Positions 38,740-48,504 of a stretch of DNA of 64,000 bases are shown here, in pieces. Position numbers and translations under genes: made by a program. The DNA is taken from contig CAVVMW010000010.1 of NCBI GenBank assembly GCA_963749495.1, positions 160,001-224,000 of the forward strand, given 5' to 3'. Position 1 is the first letter of the stretch. Every line of letters starts with the position of its first letter. Source of the DNA: an uncultured bacterium. GTDB lineage: Bacteria > Verrucomicrobiota > Verrucomicrobiia > Limisphaerales > UBA8199. Under the pieces are notes generated by a model, which saw only the letters and a program-made list of their open reading frames with translations, was not told the DNA's origin and did no database searches.

Positions 38740-39975
38740 TTCGCCCCGACGTTGGCCAACTGACGTTCCATCTGGTTCAATTCCCTCCCCATCATGTAGC
38801 GGAGTTCCATGCTCCGTTTGGAAAGATCTTCCGCCAGTCGAGCAGCCTTGCCTTTGGCCTCCGCATCCCCTCGGTAGGCACGGTCCCGTTCGGCTCTAAA
38901 CTCGGCCAGGAGCTTTTCGGTCTCGGGATCGTACCATTTCCTCCAGGCCCATGATGTCTTCGAGCACCGAGATGTAACTGTCACCTGCGCTTGCGGGCTT
39001 GGGCTGCGGGACTTTGACCGTTCCGTCATTCTCCAGCCTGAATGCGTGGATCCACCCGGAGTTGAGCGATGCGATGACAAACGGCGAGTGTGTCGCCACA
39101 AAGATCTGCGCCTTGGGGAAGAGGCGCTGGAATGCGGGCAAAACCCGCCTTTGCCAGACCGGGTGAAGGTGGCTCTCGATTTCATCAAGCAGGAACACCG
39201 CCTCCCGTTCCGCCGGCGAGCCCTTGCCTCGGAGCATAGCGTCCATCATCACCTCGGCGTCCACCAACCAGCCGATGATGGACCGCAGGCCGTCTGGAAG
39301 GAAGTCGAAGGGCATCGGCACACTTGCCCACTTCACCTGCAATGTGGGTTGAGGATAGGTCGTGACCTGGAAGACGAACGGCTGGTCCGTTATCCGTGTC
39401 AACGTGTCCTCGAGCGCTCGAACGATTTGCCTTGAGTGAGTGGCACCCGTCCCAGCGCTTTGGTCCAGCGAGTCCATTGCGGCCTGCATCTTGAGGCCAG
39501 CAATGGCCTGGAGCAAGGCGGAGGAGTGATCCGCAGTTCGGCAGAAGGATAGGCACTCTGCGCGCTCCGGCCTCGGAACCGCTGCAACAGCCGCAATGGG
39601 GACGTCGGAAACATAGGCGAGCCCGTGATAGGCGAATGCTGGGACGTTCTTGAGCCATCGCTGAAATGGCGCTGTAGCCGCAAGCCGTACCGACCCGCCC
39701 CCCACCCATTCTGGGCGCGCTGGCGCCGGTGCGCCCAGGTTGCCCGAGGCAAAGGCCCCAATCGCGCCGTCGGTCTTCCTCAGCCTCCGCTTAAGGGCTT
39801 CCCCGCCACCGAGCAAGGCCGCCAAGAGCGCCAGCAGGCGCGTCTTCCCCGTGCCGTTGACGCCAGTCAGCAAATGCACCTCAGCCAGGTCCGGCGGTTT
39901 GTTTTCGACCCTCGGAAATTCCATGCGGAACTTCCCGAAGGGAGGAAAGTCAGCCGACTTCAGTACGCGGAACAT
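38736..39975 (-). CDS. ABC/AAA ATPase, PtuA-like (1-nt insertion near 38938)
   Basis: Walker A GVNGTGKT, LPDG signature, LLDEIESHLHP.WQ, Q.FVATHSP. Confidence 0.85.
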
Positions 39976-40064
39976 AAGCAAGGGCTGTATATCCCGGGCG
40001 CCCCGGCAATGCAACGCGGAAAAGGCTCTTGGGAGCGATTGGGGCACAACCGGACGCCGCCCCA

Positions 40065-40289
40065 GGGCCGAAGGCCCGCCATGTGAAAGCCCGGGCTGCA
40101 GCGGAGCGGAGGCCCCGGTAGCAGGCGCCCTCGAAACAGTCCCTGGGCTGTAAGGCCGGGACCCCTTGCCCGGGGACCCGGGGGTGTTGTAGCGCCCTTG
40201 CAGGGCGCAGGAGTTTATGTGGCCGTGACCTGGGCCTCCGCTCGCAAGCTCGCTCCAGCCCAGGCTGTCACATCGCGGGCTTTCAGCCC
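40065..40289. repeat. Nested REP palindrome family D
   Basis: gggccgaaggccc..tgtgaaagcccggg...cccaggctgtcaca..gggctttcagccc; a related copy lies at 50161-50429. Confidence 0.85.
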
Positions 40290-40406
40290 TAAGATGGGCG
40301 CGCTCTATGGGCACTGCCGGCAGGCGCCCAGAGGCACCCGGGCCGACTCCGCACCAATCCATCAATCCATCAATCCATCAATCCATTTGCGGGTGCCCCT
40401 GCCGTT

Positions 40407-41687
40407 TTACCTGCCCGCCGCGGCGATGCAGTAGAGACCCTTGAACCCCCGCAGGAACATCCTTCCGCCGCTGATGGCCGGGGAGGCGTAGGTCTTCTCA
40501 CCGAGCTCGTTGCGGGCCAGCAACGCGAATTCCGGCCCCGCCTTGACCACGTGCATCACGCCGTCGTCGTTCAGGAAATAAACCCGGCCATCGGCCGCCA
40601 CCGGGGAGGAGTGATGGAGGCCCATTTTCTCGTGCCAGAGAATCCGGCCGGTGGCGGCCTCGAAACAATAGGCTGCCTTGTCGTTGAAGGCGGCCGTCAT
40701 GAACCATTTGCCCACGCTGATCGGGGAAGGAACGTAGGGCGCGCCCACGTCGGTGCTCCAGGCCACTTTGCTCTGCGTCACATTGCCCTCGCCGTCGGGT
40801 TTGATCGCGATCAGGACGCGCTTGGGCCAACTGCTGCAGCTCAGGACCAGGCCCGACTCCTGGTTGAAAACCGGCGTGGCGACGCAATCCTCGGACGGGC
40901 CGTCCACGACCCACAATTGCTTGCCGCTCCGGGGGTCATAGCCGGTCACCGCCTTGTCGCCGGCCACGACCACCTGGGCGCGGCCCGCCATCTCGCGGAT
41001 GAGCGGCGCGCTGTAGCTGTGCGTGCCATTCTCGCGCGGGGTCTTCCAAAGCGTCCGGCCATCCGCCCGGCTTACCGCCACGATGAAGTTCTCCCCCTTG
41101 CTGTCGCAGTCCACGATCACCTTGTCCTCGAAGAGCGTTGGGTTGTGGCTGAAACCCCAGACGGCCTGGAATTGGCCGGGACGGACCAGCCAGAGCTGCT
41201 TGCCGCTGAAGTCGTGCGCAGCCACGATTACGTCCTTGCCATCCAGGAACGTGACATAAACCCTCTGACCGTCAGTGGTTGGCGTGGCGGAGGCATAGCT
41301 GTTTTCGGCGTTCTTCGCCTCCAGTGGGCCGCGCAGCACGGTTTGCTGCCAGAGCAGCTTGCCGGTCGGGGCCTCCAGGCAGAGCAGGAGGCGCTCCTGC
41401 GTCTCCTTGAGCGCGGTGGTCAGAAAAATCCGATCTCCCCAGACAATTGGCGAGGAATGGCCCTCGCCCGGCAGGAGGGTCTTCCAGGCGATGTTCTCGG
41501 TTGCGCTCCACTTGATTGGGACGTTCTGCTCCAGGCTGCTGCCGTCCCCGCGCGGCCCGCGCCAGCCGGGCCAATTCTCGCCGCGGGCCACGCCCCCGGT
41601 TGTCGCCGTGCAACCCACCCATAGCCACATCACCAGGCAACCACCGGACTTTCCAGGAGACAGCACAGCCATAAATTCCAGGGACAC
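40407..41687 (-). CDS. PQQ-like beta-propeller repeat protein
   Basis: NWPGWRGP, WKT.LPG.GHSSP and ASPAIS.GR.FLR motifs; start uncertain. Confidence 0.88.
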   Translation of the reverse strand: MSLEFMAVLSPGKSGGCLVMWLWVGCTATTGGVARGENWPGWRGPRGDGSSLEQNVPIKWSATENIAWKTLLPGEGHSSPIVWGDRIFLTTALKETQERLLLCLEAPTGKLLWQQTVLRGPLEAKNAENSYASATPTTDGQRVYVTFLDGKDVIVAAHDFSGKQLWLVRPGQFQAVWGFSHNPTLFEDKVIVDCDSKGENFIVAVSRADGRTLWKTPRENGTHSYSAPLIREMAGRAQVVVAGDKAVTGYDPRSGKQLWVVDGPSEDCVATPVFNQESGLVLSCSSWPKRVLIAIKPDGEGNVTQSKVAWSTDVGAPYVPSPISVGKWFMTAAFNDKAAYCFEAATGRILWHEKMGLHHSSPVAADGRVYFLNDDGVMHVVKAGPEFALLARNELGEKTYASPAISGGRMFLRGFKGLYCIAAAGR

Positions 41688-41885
41688 TACATGAATCCGG
41701 TGGCAGTAAAAGGCTAAAGGCTAAAGGCTAAAGGCTGAGGCGGGGAGGGGGCGCAGCCCATGGTCTGTCCTTTGGCCTTTAGCCTTTAGCCTTTAGCCTT
41801 TAGCCTTTTCCAGACGGGGTGAGGGGCAAGCGGCAACCAACCACAGCGGGGTTGCCAAGAACTGATTTGCGCCCTGGCGCAGGCC

Positions 41886-42863
41886 CTATCCTGCCCCCAC
41901 GTCCGCCCGGAGGAAGGAGGCGGCGGCTTCGGCGCGGAGTTCAACGGTGTCGAGGCTGGCGGGAACCAGGCAGAACTGCCCCGGGGCCAACCAGAGTTCG
42001 GCCTGGCCGTGGCGGACGCACAGCCGCCCATTGAGGAGACCGAGGATGTGCGCTCGGCCCGGGGCGAGCGGGGCGGCGGAGGCGGGCTCGAGCTGCCAGG
42101 CCTCGACCGTGAAGAGCGGGTCGCGCACCAACGCCCGCACCTTGGCCGGGCCGGTGCCTGCGAAGCCGCCGCGCACCAGCGCGGGTTCGAAATCGGCGAA
42201 GTCAATACTGGCCAGCGACTGGGCCACGTGGAGTTGGCGTGGTTTGCCGTCCAGCCCGAGCCGGTTCCAATCGAACACGCGGTAGGTCGTGTCCGAGTTC
42301 TGCTGGATTTCGAAGATGACCAGGCCGCTGCCCAGGGCGTGGACGCGCCCGCTGGGCAGGGACATGGCGTCGCCCGCCCGGACACCCACGCGGTGGAAAC
42401 ACTCGGCCACGGCGCCGGCCCGGAGTTTTCGCTCGAACTCGGCCCGGGTGACGCCGCGTTTCAACCCGACGTACAACTGCGCTTGAGGCGCGGCCTCGGC
42501 CACATACCACATCTCGGTCTTGGGTTCGCCGCCCAACCGGGCCGCCAGGGCGGCGGGGGGATGGACCTGGAGCGAGAGCGTGTCCTGGGCATCCAGGATC
42601 TTCACCAGGAGCGGGAAGCGCCTGTGCTCCGAGGCAGCCGCGCCGAGCAACTCGGCGGCGTGCTGCTCCATGAGCCACCGCAGGTCTTTGCCGGCCATGG
42701 GACCGTTGGCGATGACGCTGCCATCGCCAGGGCGGTCGCTGATCTCCCAGGACTCGCCTATGGGCACGCCGGGCGGCAGCGCTTTGTGATAGAGTTGCTC
42801 GAGGCGGCGTCCGCCCCAGACCCGCTCTTTGAATATGGGATGGAAGGTCAGGGGGTAGAGCAT
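41886..42863 (-). CDS. manA: Mannose-6-phosphate isomerase, class I (cupin)
   Basis: WGG, GESWE, FPLLVKILDA...LSLQVHP, KTEMWY, HALG and EIQQNSD.TYR motifs. Confidence 0.88.
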   Translation of the reverse strand: MLYPLTFHPIFKERVWGGRRLEQLYHKALPPGVPIGESWEISDRPGDGSVIANGPMAGKDLRWLMEQHAAELLGAAASEHRRFPLLVKILDAQDTLSLQVHPPAALAARLGGEPKTEMWYVAEAAPQAQLYVGLKRGVTRAEFERKLRAGAVAECFHRVGVRAGDAMSLPSGRVHALGSGLVIFEIQQNSDTTYRVFDWNRLGLDGKPRQLHVAQSLASIDFADFEPALVRGGFAGTGPAKVRALVRDPLFTVEAWQLEPASAAPLAPGRAHILGLLNGRLCVRHGQAELWLAPGQFCLVPASLDTVELRAEAAASFLRADVGAG

Positions 42864-42876
42864 TGCGGGGCGTTAG

Positions 42877-43016
42877 ATCGTGTTTGGAAAGCTCCGGTTT
42901 TGGGTCTTTGTCGCGGTCTTTGTCGCGGCCTTTGTCGAAACAATGGCCAGTCCGACAAAGGTTGCGACAAAGGTTGCGACAAAGGTGTCCATTTCGGCGG
43001 CTTCCCAAACACGCTG
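42877..43016. mobile_element. MITE-like shell carrying 12-mer family C
   Basis: cgtgtttggaaag/cttcccaaacacg IRs, with TTAG on both flanks (42873-76 and 43017-20). Confidence 0.65.
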
Positions 43017-44009
43017 TTAGTCCTTGGCTTGTGCCGCCGTGGGGGTTTGCTTTTCCAGGAAATGGCCGAAGCTGCGGAACTTGGCGTAGCGTTGTTTGAG
43101 CCGCTCGGCGGGGGCCAGGGTGAGGAGTTCTTCGAGGTGCCTGAGGAGATGGTCCCGAACGATCTCGGCGCTTTTCTCGGGGTCGTTGTGGGCGCCGCCC
43201 AGAGGCTCGGGGATGATCTGGTCCACCAACCCCAACTTGAGGAGGTGCCGCGCGGTGATCTTGAGGGCCTCGGCCGCCCTCGGGGCGGCCGAGCGGTCCT
43301 TCCAGAGAATGGCGGCGCAGCCTTCGGGGCTGATGACCGAGTAATAGGCGTTTTCCAGGATGCAGACGCGGTCGGCCACGCCGATGCCCAGGGCGCCGCC
43401 CAAGCCGCCCTCGCCAATGACGACGGCGATAATCGGCACCTCGAAGAGCATCATCTCGCGCAAGTTCACCGCGATGGCCTCGGCGATGTGGCGTTCCTCG
43501 GCGCCGATGCCGGGGTAGGCGCCGGCGGTATCGATGAGCGAGATAATCGGCAGGCCGAACTTGTTCCCCAGCTTCATGAGGCGCAGGGCCTTGCGATAGC
43601 CCTCCGGGTGGGCCGAGCCGAAATTGCGCAGGATGTTCTCCTTGGTGTCCCGGCCCTTTTGAGTGCCCACCACCATGACCTTGTGCCCGCCCAGGCAGGC
43701 GAACCCGCCCACCACCGCCCGGTCCTCGCCATACAGCCGGTCTCCGTGCAATTCGCTGAACCCGGTGAAGGCGCCTTCCAAATAGTCCAGCGCAAAGGGC
43801 CGCTTGGGGTGCCGGGCTATCTTGATCCGGTCCCAGGCGCTGAGGTTCGAGTAGATCTGCCGCCGGGTCTCCTCGAGTTTCTTCTCAACCAAAGCGACTT
43901 CTTCCTCGAAGCTCATTCCCAGGGCGCGCTTCTCGGGATGCCGCTTCAACTCCTCCAGCGTGTTCTGCAACTCCGCAATCGGCTTTTCGAAGTCGAGGTG
44001 ATGTTTCAT
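43017..44009 (-). CDS. accA: Acetyl-CoA carboxylase carboxyltransferase subunit alpha
   Basis: LDFEKPI, ARHP.RP, ELHGDR, PEGYRKALR and YSVISPEGCAAILW motifs. Confidence 0.97.
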   Translation of the reverse strand: MKHHLDFEKPIAELQNTLEELKRHPEKRALGMSFEEEVALVEKKLEETRRQIYSNLSAWDRIKIARHPKRPFALDYLEGAFTGFSELHGDRLYGEDRAVVGGFACLGGHKVMVVGTQKGRDTKENILRNFGSAHPEGYRKALRLMKLGNKFGLPIISLIDTAGAYPGIGAEERHIAEAIAVNLREMMLFEVPIIAVVIGEGGLGGALGIGVADRVCILENAYYSVISPEGCAAILWKDRSAAPRAAEALKITARHLLKLGLVDQIIPEPLGGAHNDPEKSAEIVRDHLLRHLEELLTLAPAERLKQRYAKFRSFGHFLEKQTPTAAQAKD

Positions 44010-44074
44010 GAACGCCCAGCCTAGTCCCTGGGGCGCGCACAGGCAACGCCGTTTTGGGGCCGCCCCGGAGCGCG

Positions 44075-44188
44075 GGGCGCGTCCCGACACTGCCCCCCGG
44101 AACGCCGCATTTATGCGGCAGCCGCCCGGCAATTCGAGGAACCTGCCGGCTAAAGCCGGCGTTCCGGGGGCAGTGTGAGGATGCGCCC
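44075..44188. mobile_element. MITE-like shell with REP pair and target duplication
   Basis: gggcgcgtcccgacactg/cagtgtgaggatgcgccc IRs; cggagcgc on both flanks (44066-73 and 44189-96). Confidence 0.7.
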
Positions 44189-44205
44189 CGGAGCGCCGGG
44201 CGTAC

Positions 44206-44388
44206 AAGCGAAGAGCCGGATTTGCATCCGGCTCTAAGTGGTGACGAGGTTTATACGCCTTCACCCAGGCGCTCAGAAGGGTAATGCGGCCAACTATTTG
44301 CTCGCTGTTCGAACCGCATTACAAGCAAAACCTCTATACTAACCCTAAACGAACAGCGAAATCTCTTTTTCTCCCGCTCGCCCCACCT
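44206..44388 (-). ncRNA. Candidate structured noncoding RNA (unidentified family)
   Basis: Own sigma70-type promoter, five helices including a 10-bp pseudoknot, and a 3' 10-bp hairpin with a GCAA loop. Confidence 0.65.
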
Positions 44389-44394
44389 ATTTAA

Positions 44395-44429
44395 TAGATA
44401 GCATAAGAAAACGATTCGTTCAAAAAAAA
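44395..44429 (-). promoter_or_regulatory. Sigma70-type promoter of the candidate ncRNA
   Basis: T-tract, TTGAAC (44418-23), 17-nt spacer, TGc-TATCTA (44395-400). Confidence 0.65.
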
Positions 44430-44513
44430 TCTGGATCTTTCCGCCTGTGAAAGAACGCAACCCCGTCGCCCTGCGAAAAGGCGCGAGGTTCCCGCCTGCG
44501 CCATCAACGCCCT

Positions 44514-45428
44514 CTATTTCATCCCACTAGATCCGCCGCCTGTCAAGCCAAAGCGTTGATTCTCTCCGGAAAAATTCTCTCCGGGAAGAATATCGGTGAA
44601 AATGCAGGTGTGAGCGCGGTCTTTGAGGACACGGGCCAGGGGGGTGTTGCCTGCCGGGGCGAGGGATTGGCGGAGGGCCTGGGCCTTGCCCGGGCCCGAG
44701 GCCAGGACCCAGACCTGGCGGGCGGCGCAGATGGCCGGGTAGCCGAGGGTCACCCGGCGCGGCGGCGGCTTGGGGACCGTAACCGCCCGATACACTGCCG
44801 GGCTCTCCGCTACCTCGTCGGGCTCGCCCGGAAACAGGGACGCCACGTGGCCTTCCTCACCCATCCCAAGAAAGACCAGGTCCAGCACGGGTTGGTGGCC
44901 GGAGGGCGGAATGACGAATGACGAATGACGAATGACGAATGACAAATCCGGACTGTGGACTGTGGACTGTGGACTGTGGACTGTGGACCGTGGACTGTGG
45001 ACTGTGGACTGTGGACTGTGGACTGTGGCCTGTGGCCTGTGGACTGTGGACTGGAGTTCGGACTCCGCTTCGGCCGCTGCCGCTTCGGGCGGGACCTCGC
45101 CACGAATGCGATGCGTCCGGGCCGGGGGAACGTCAAGGGGGGCCAGCAGACATTCCTGGGCCAGCCTGAAGTTGCTCTCCGGCTCACCCGGGGGGACGCA
45201 TCGTTCATCGCCCCAGAAAAACTCGATTCGGTCGCGGAGGAGGGCGCGAGCCCTGGCCTGGTCCCGCACCGCCAGGAAAAACCGTCGCGCGATCCGTCCG
45301 CCTGAGAGCGCCACGCAGTATGGACCCGCGCCGGCGCCAGCCGCTTCCAACTCATCCAACCACCGGCTCGCCGCCGCCCGGGCCAGGGCCTCGGCATCTC
45401 CGAAGCTCAACAGGTCATACGTGCCCAT
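44514..45428 (-). CDS. pgl: 6-phosphogluconolactonase with in-frame repeat insertion
   Basis: ALSGG, WGDERCVP....SNF, DLVFLGMG.EGHVASLFP and RVTL motifs; downstream of zwf. Confidence 0.92.
   Translation of the reverse strand: MGTYDLLSFGDAEALARAAASRWLDELEAAGAGAGPYCVALSGGRIARRFFLAVRDQARARALLRDRIEFFWGDERCVPPGEPESNFRLAQECLLAPLDVPPARTHRIRGEVPPEAAAAEAESELQSTVHRPQATVHSPQSTVHSPRSTVHSPQSTVHSPDLSFVIRHSSFVIPPSGHQPVLDLVFLGMGEEGHVASLFPGEPDEVAESPAVYRAVTVPKPPPRRVTLGYPAICAARQVWVLASGPGKAQALRQSLAPAGNTPLARVLKDRAHTCIFTDILPGENFSGENQRFGLTGGGSSGMK
44909..45053 (+). repeat. Heptamer arrays (GAATGAC)5 + (GACTGTG)14 inside pgl
   Basis: Counted directly; three GACTGTG units carry a single substitution. Confidence 0.97.
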
Positions 45429-45433
45429 ACGTC

Positions 45434-45530
45434 GTCCACAGTCCACAGTCCACAGTCCACAGTCCACGGTCCACAGTCCACAGTCCGCATTCGTCATTCG
45501 TCATTCGTCATTCGTCATTCGCCATTCCGC
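45434..45530 (+). repeat. Inverted heptamer arrays (GTCCACA)7 + (CATTCGT)5 at the zwf-pgl junction
   Basis: Reverse complement of the array inside pgl; overlaps the zwf stop codon. Confidence 0.95.
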
Positions 45531-47118
45531 CCCGCGGCGGCCTGAAGGGCGCGGTCGTTGGCGATCGCGGCTCGTGCCAGACATGGCCGGACTGGGCCAG
45601 CAAATCTTCAGCCGCTACCGGTCCCCAGGTGTGGGCGGAGTAGAACTCGCGGTTGGTCAAGGGCTTGTCGGACCAGGTCAGGCGGATGCCATCCACGAAT
45701 CGCCAGGCGGTTTCAACCTCGTCGCGGCGGATGAAGAGGGTGGCGTCGCCGGCCATGGCTTCGAGCAGGAGCCGCTCATAGGCCTCGGGGGTGTAGGCGC
45801 CGAATTCGGCGTCGTAACTGAAATGCATGCGCACGGGCCGGACGGCGACGCTGGTGCCGGGGACCTTGCCGTTGAAGCGGAGGGAGATGCCTTCGTTGGG
45901 CTGAAGGCGCAGGGCCAGGGCATTGGAATCGAGCTTCTGGCCGCATTGGGCTGCGAAGAGGACGTAAGGGGTGGGCCGGAACTGGATGCGGACCTCGCTG
46001 GCGCTGGCGGGCAGGCACTTGCCGGTGCGGAGGTAAAAGGGCACACCCGACCAGCGCCAGTTGTCGACGAAGAGCTTGAGCGCGACGTAGGTCTCGACGG
46101 TGGAATCGGGCTTGACCCTGGGTTCCTGGCGGTAGCCCGGGACCGACTGCCCGTCGACCACCCCGGCGAAATATTGGCCGCGCACCACCTGCCTGGCGAC
46201 TTCCTCGGCCTGGAGCGGGCGCAGCGAGCGGAGCAGCTTGACCTTTTCATCGCGAATGGCCTCGGCGTCGAGGGAGACGGGGGGTTCCATGGCCACGAGC
46301 GACAGGACCTGGAGGAGATGGTTTTGAACCATGTCGCGCAGCGCCCCAACCTCCTCGTAATAGGCGCCGCGCTGGCCCACGCCCTGCTTCTCCGCCACGG
46401 TGATTTGCACGTGGTCCACCGAGTCGCGGTTCCAGAGCCGCTCGAAGATCGAGTTGGAGAAGCGGAACATGAGGATGTTCTGGACGGTCTCCTTGCCCAG
46501 GTAGTGGTCGATGCGGAAGACCTGCTGCTCGCGGGCGAAGCGGGTCAACTGGTCGTTGAGGCGCAGGGCGGAGTCCAAATCGTGGCCGAAGGGTTTTTCC
46601 ACCACGATCCGCTGCCAGCCGTTCTGGCCGTTGTTGTGCAGCAGGCCGGCGCGGTGCACCTGCTGGACCACCTCGGTGAACTGGCTGGGCATGACGGCCA
46701 GGTAAAACAGGAGGTTTTGCCGGAGCGCCGGGTTGCCGAACGAGGCCAGTTGCTTGTCCAGCGTGACGTAGCTGGCCGAGTCCGTCAGGTCGCCCCGGCA
46801 ATAGAAGATGTGCCGCGAGAATTCTTGCCAAACCTCCTCGTCGATGGGCTTGGTGCGGGAGAATTGCTCCAGGGCCTGCCGCAATTCCTGGCGCCAGGAG
46901 TCATCGGTCTTCTCGCGCCGGGCAACGCCCGCGATGCGGAAATCCGACGGCATCTGTTTCTCCTTGTGCAGATGGTAGAGCGCCGGGATGAGCTTCCGCT
47001 CCGTCAAATCGCCGCTGGCCCCGAAGATCACGATGGAACAGGGCTCCGTCGGCTTTCGCGCCTGCCCCAACCGGCAGGTCATCGGCTCGTCAAACTCCGT
47101 CAATAGCGCTTGGTTCAC
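45508..47118 (-). CDS. zwf: Glucose-6-phosphate 1-dehydrogenase
   Basis: FGASGDL, EKPFG, RIDHYLGKE, RDMVQNH and PFYLRTGK motifs; GTG start inferred from the promoter position. Confidence 0.96.
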   Translation of the reverse strand: MNQALLTEFDEPMTCRLGQARKPTEPCSIVIFGASGDLTERKLIPALYHLHKEKQMPSDFRIAGVARREKTDDSWRQELRQALEQFSRTKPIDEEVWQEFSRHIFYCRGDLTDSASYVTLDKQLASFGNPALRQNLLFYLAVMPSQFTEVVQQVHRAGLLHNNGQNGWQRIVVEKPFGHDLDSALRLNDQLTRFAREQQVFRIDHYLGKETVQNILMFRFSNSIFERLWNRDSVDHVQITVAEKQGVGQRGAYYEEVGALRDMVQNHLLQVLSLVAMEPPVSLDAEAIRDEKVKLLRSLRPLQAEEVARQVVRGQYFAGVVDGQSVPGYRQEPRVKPDSTVETYVALKLFVDNWRWSGVPFYLRTGKCLPASASEVRIQFRPTPYVLFAAQCGQKLDSNALALRLQPNEGISLRFNGKVPGTSVAVRPVRMHFSYDAEFGAYTPEAYERLLLEAMAGDATLFIRRDEVETAWRFVDGIRLTWSDKPLTNREFYSAHTWGPVAAEDLLAQSGHVWHEPRSPTTAPFRPPRGGMANDE

Positions 47119-47383
47119 GCCCGCAATATTCCCGAGCTTGGGGCGGATTTCAAACGGCTTGTGGCCGCAACCGCGCCGCAGAGGCCCCACGCGAAGAACG
47201 CAATGGGCGCAAAGACACAAATGACGAATGACGAATGACGAATGACGAATGACTGGCTCGACATGTGAAGGAAGGAACGGAATACACGGAACACACGGAA
47301 AGAGAAGCGGCTGAGTTTCGATTTCCGTGTGTCCCGTGTATTCCGTGGTTTAAAATCTTAACAGCCCGGTTTAGAATGGCGCC

Positions 47384-48504
47384 ATGAAACGAACCGCCCT
47401 TGTCCTGGTCGCCCGGCCTGGCCCTGTTCAGGCCGGGTTTCGCCGCCGATTTCGAACCCGCCACCCTGCCGCTCGGGGCGTCAGCCCCGGATTTCAATCT
47501 GCCGGGGGTTGACGGGCGCAACTGGGCGCCAAGCGATTTTGCCCAAGCAAAGCTCCTGGCCGTCATCTTCACCTGCAATCACTGCCCCACCGCCCAGTAC
47601 TACGAGGAGCGGCTCAAAAAGCTCGTTGCCGACTACAAGGACAAGGCCGTGGCGGTGGTGGCCATCATGCCCAACGACCCCAAGTCCGTGCGCCTGGACG
47701 AACTGGGCTGGACCGATTTGAGCGATTCCTTCCCGGAGATGAAGCTCCGCGCCACGGACCGGAAGTTCAATTTCCCCTACCTCTATGACGGCGATACCGA
47801 GGCGGTCGCCCGCGCCTACGGGCCGGTGGCCACGCCGCACGCCTTCCTCTTCGACGCTGGGCGCAAGCTGCGCTACGTGGGCGCCATCAATGACTCCGAG
47901 CGCATCGAGCATGTGACCCGGCACTACCTGCGCGACGCCCTCGACGCGCTGCTGGCCGGCAAGCAGCCGCCTGTGGCGCGCACCAAGGTCATCGGGTGCT
48001 CCGTCAAATGGGCCGGAAAGGCCCAAGCCGTCCAGGCCTACCTCGAGCGCCTGGCCGAGGAACCGGTTTCGCTCGCCCCGGCGGATGCGGGCGCGCTTCG
48101 GGCGCTGCGCCAGGACCAGTCGGGCAAGTTCCGCCTGGTGAGCTTCTGGGCGACCTGGTGCGCCCCGTGCGTCGCTGAATTCCACGAATTGGTCACAATC
48201 AACCGCATGTATCGCCATCGCGACTTCGAGCTGGTGACCGTGTCGCTCAACCGCCCGGACGAGGCGCCAAGCGTGCTCGATTTCCTCAAGAAGAAACAGG
48301 CCTCCTGCCGGAACCTGGTGTTTGGCTCCGCCGAGCGGGAGCAGCTTCATCGATGCCTTTGACCCGGACTGGCAAGGGGCGGTGCCCTACACGGTGCTCA
48401 TCGCGCCCGACGGCAAGCTCCTCCACCGCCAGACCGGCAGCATCGATCCCCTGGCCCTCAAGCGCGCCATCGTCCAGGCCATGAACGAGCGGAAACCGTG
48501 GTGA
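47384..48504 (+). CDS. Secreted two-domain redoxin/thioredoxin protein (indels near 47413 and 48348)
   Basis: FTCNHCP and GCSVKW (AhpC/TSA-like) plus FWATWCAPC (TlpA-like). Confidence 0.85.

Noticed and set aside
39976..40400. Retron msr-msd upstream of the ATPase-HNH pair
   Set aside because: The structure belongs to REP family D, also found at 50161, and no RT gene is adjacent.
44339..44348. CTAACCCTAA, matching the vertebrate telomerase RNA template, next to a pseudoknot
   Set aside because: The promoter, G-U pairs and GNRA loop place the RNA on the opposite strand. No reverse transcriptase is in the window, and a 10-nt match in 64 kb is compatible with chance.
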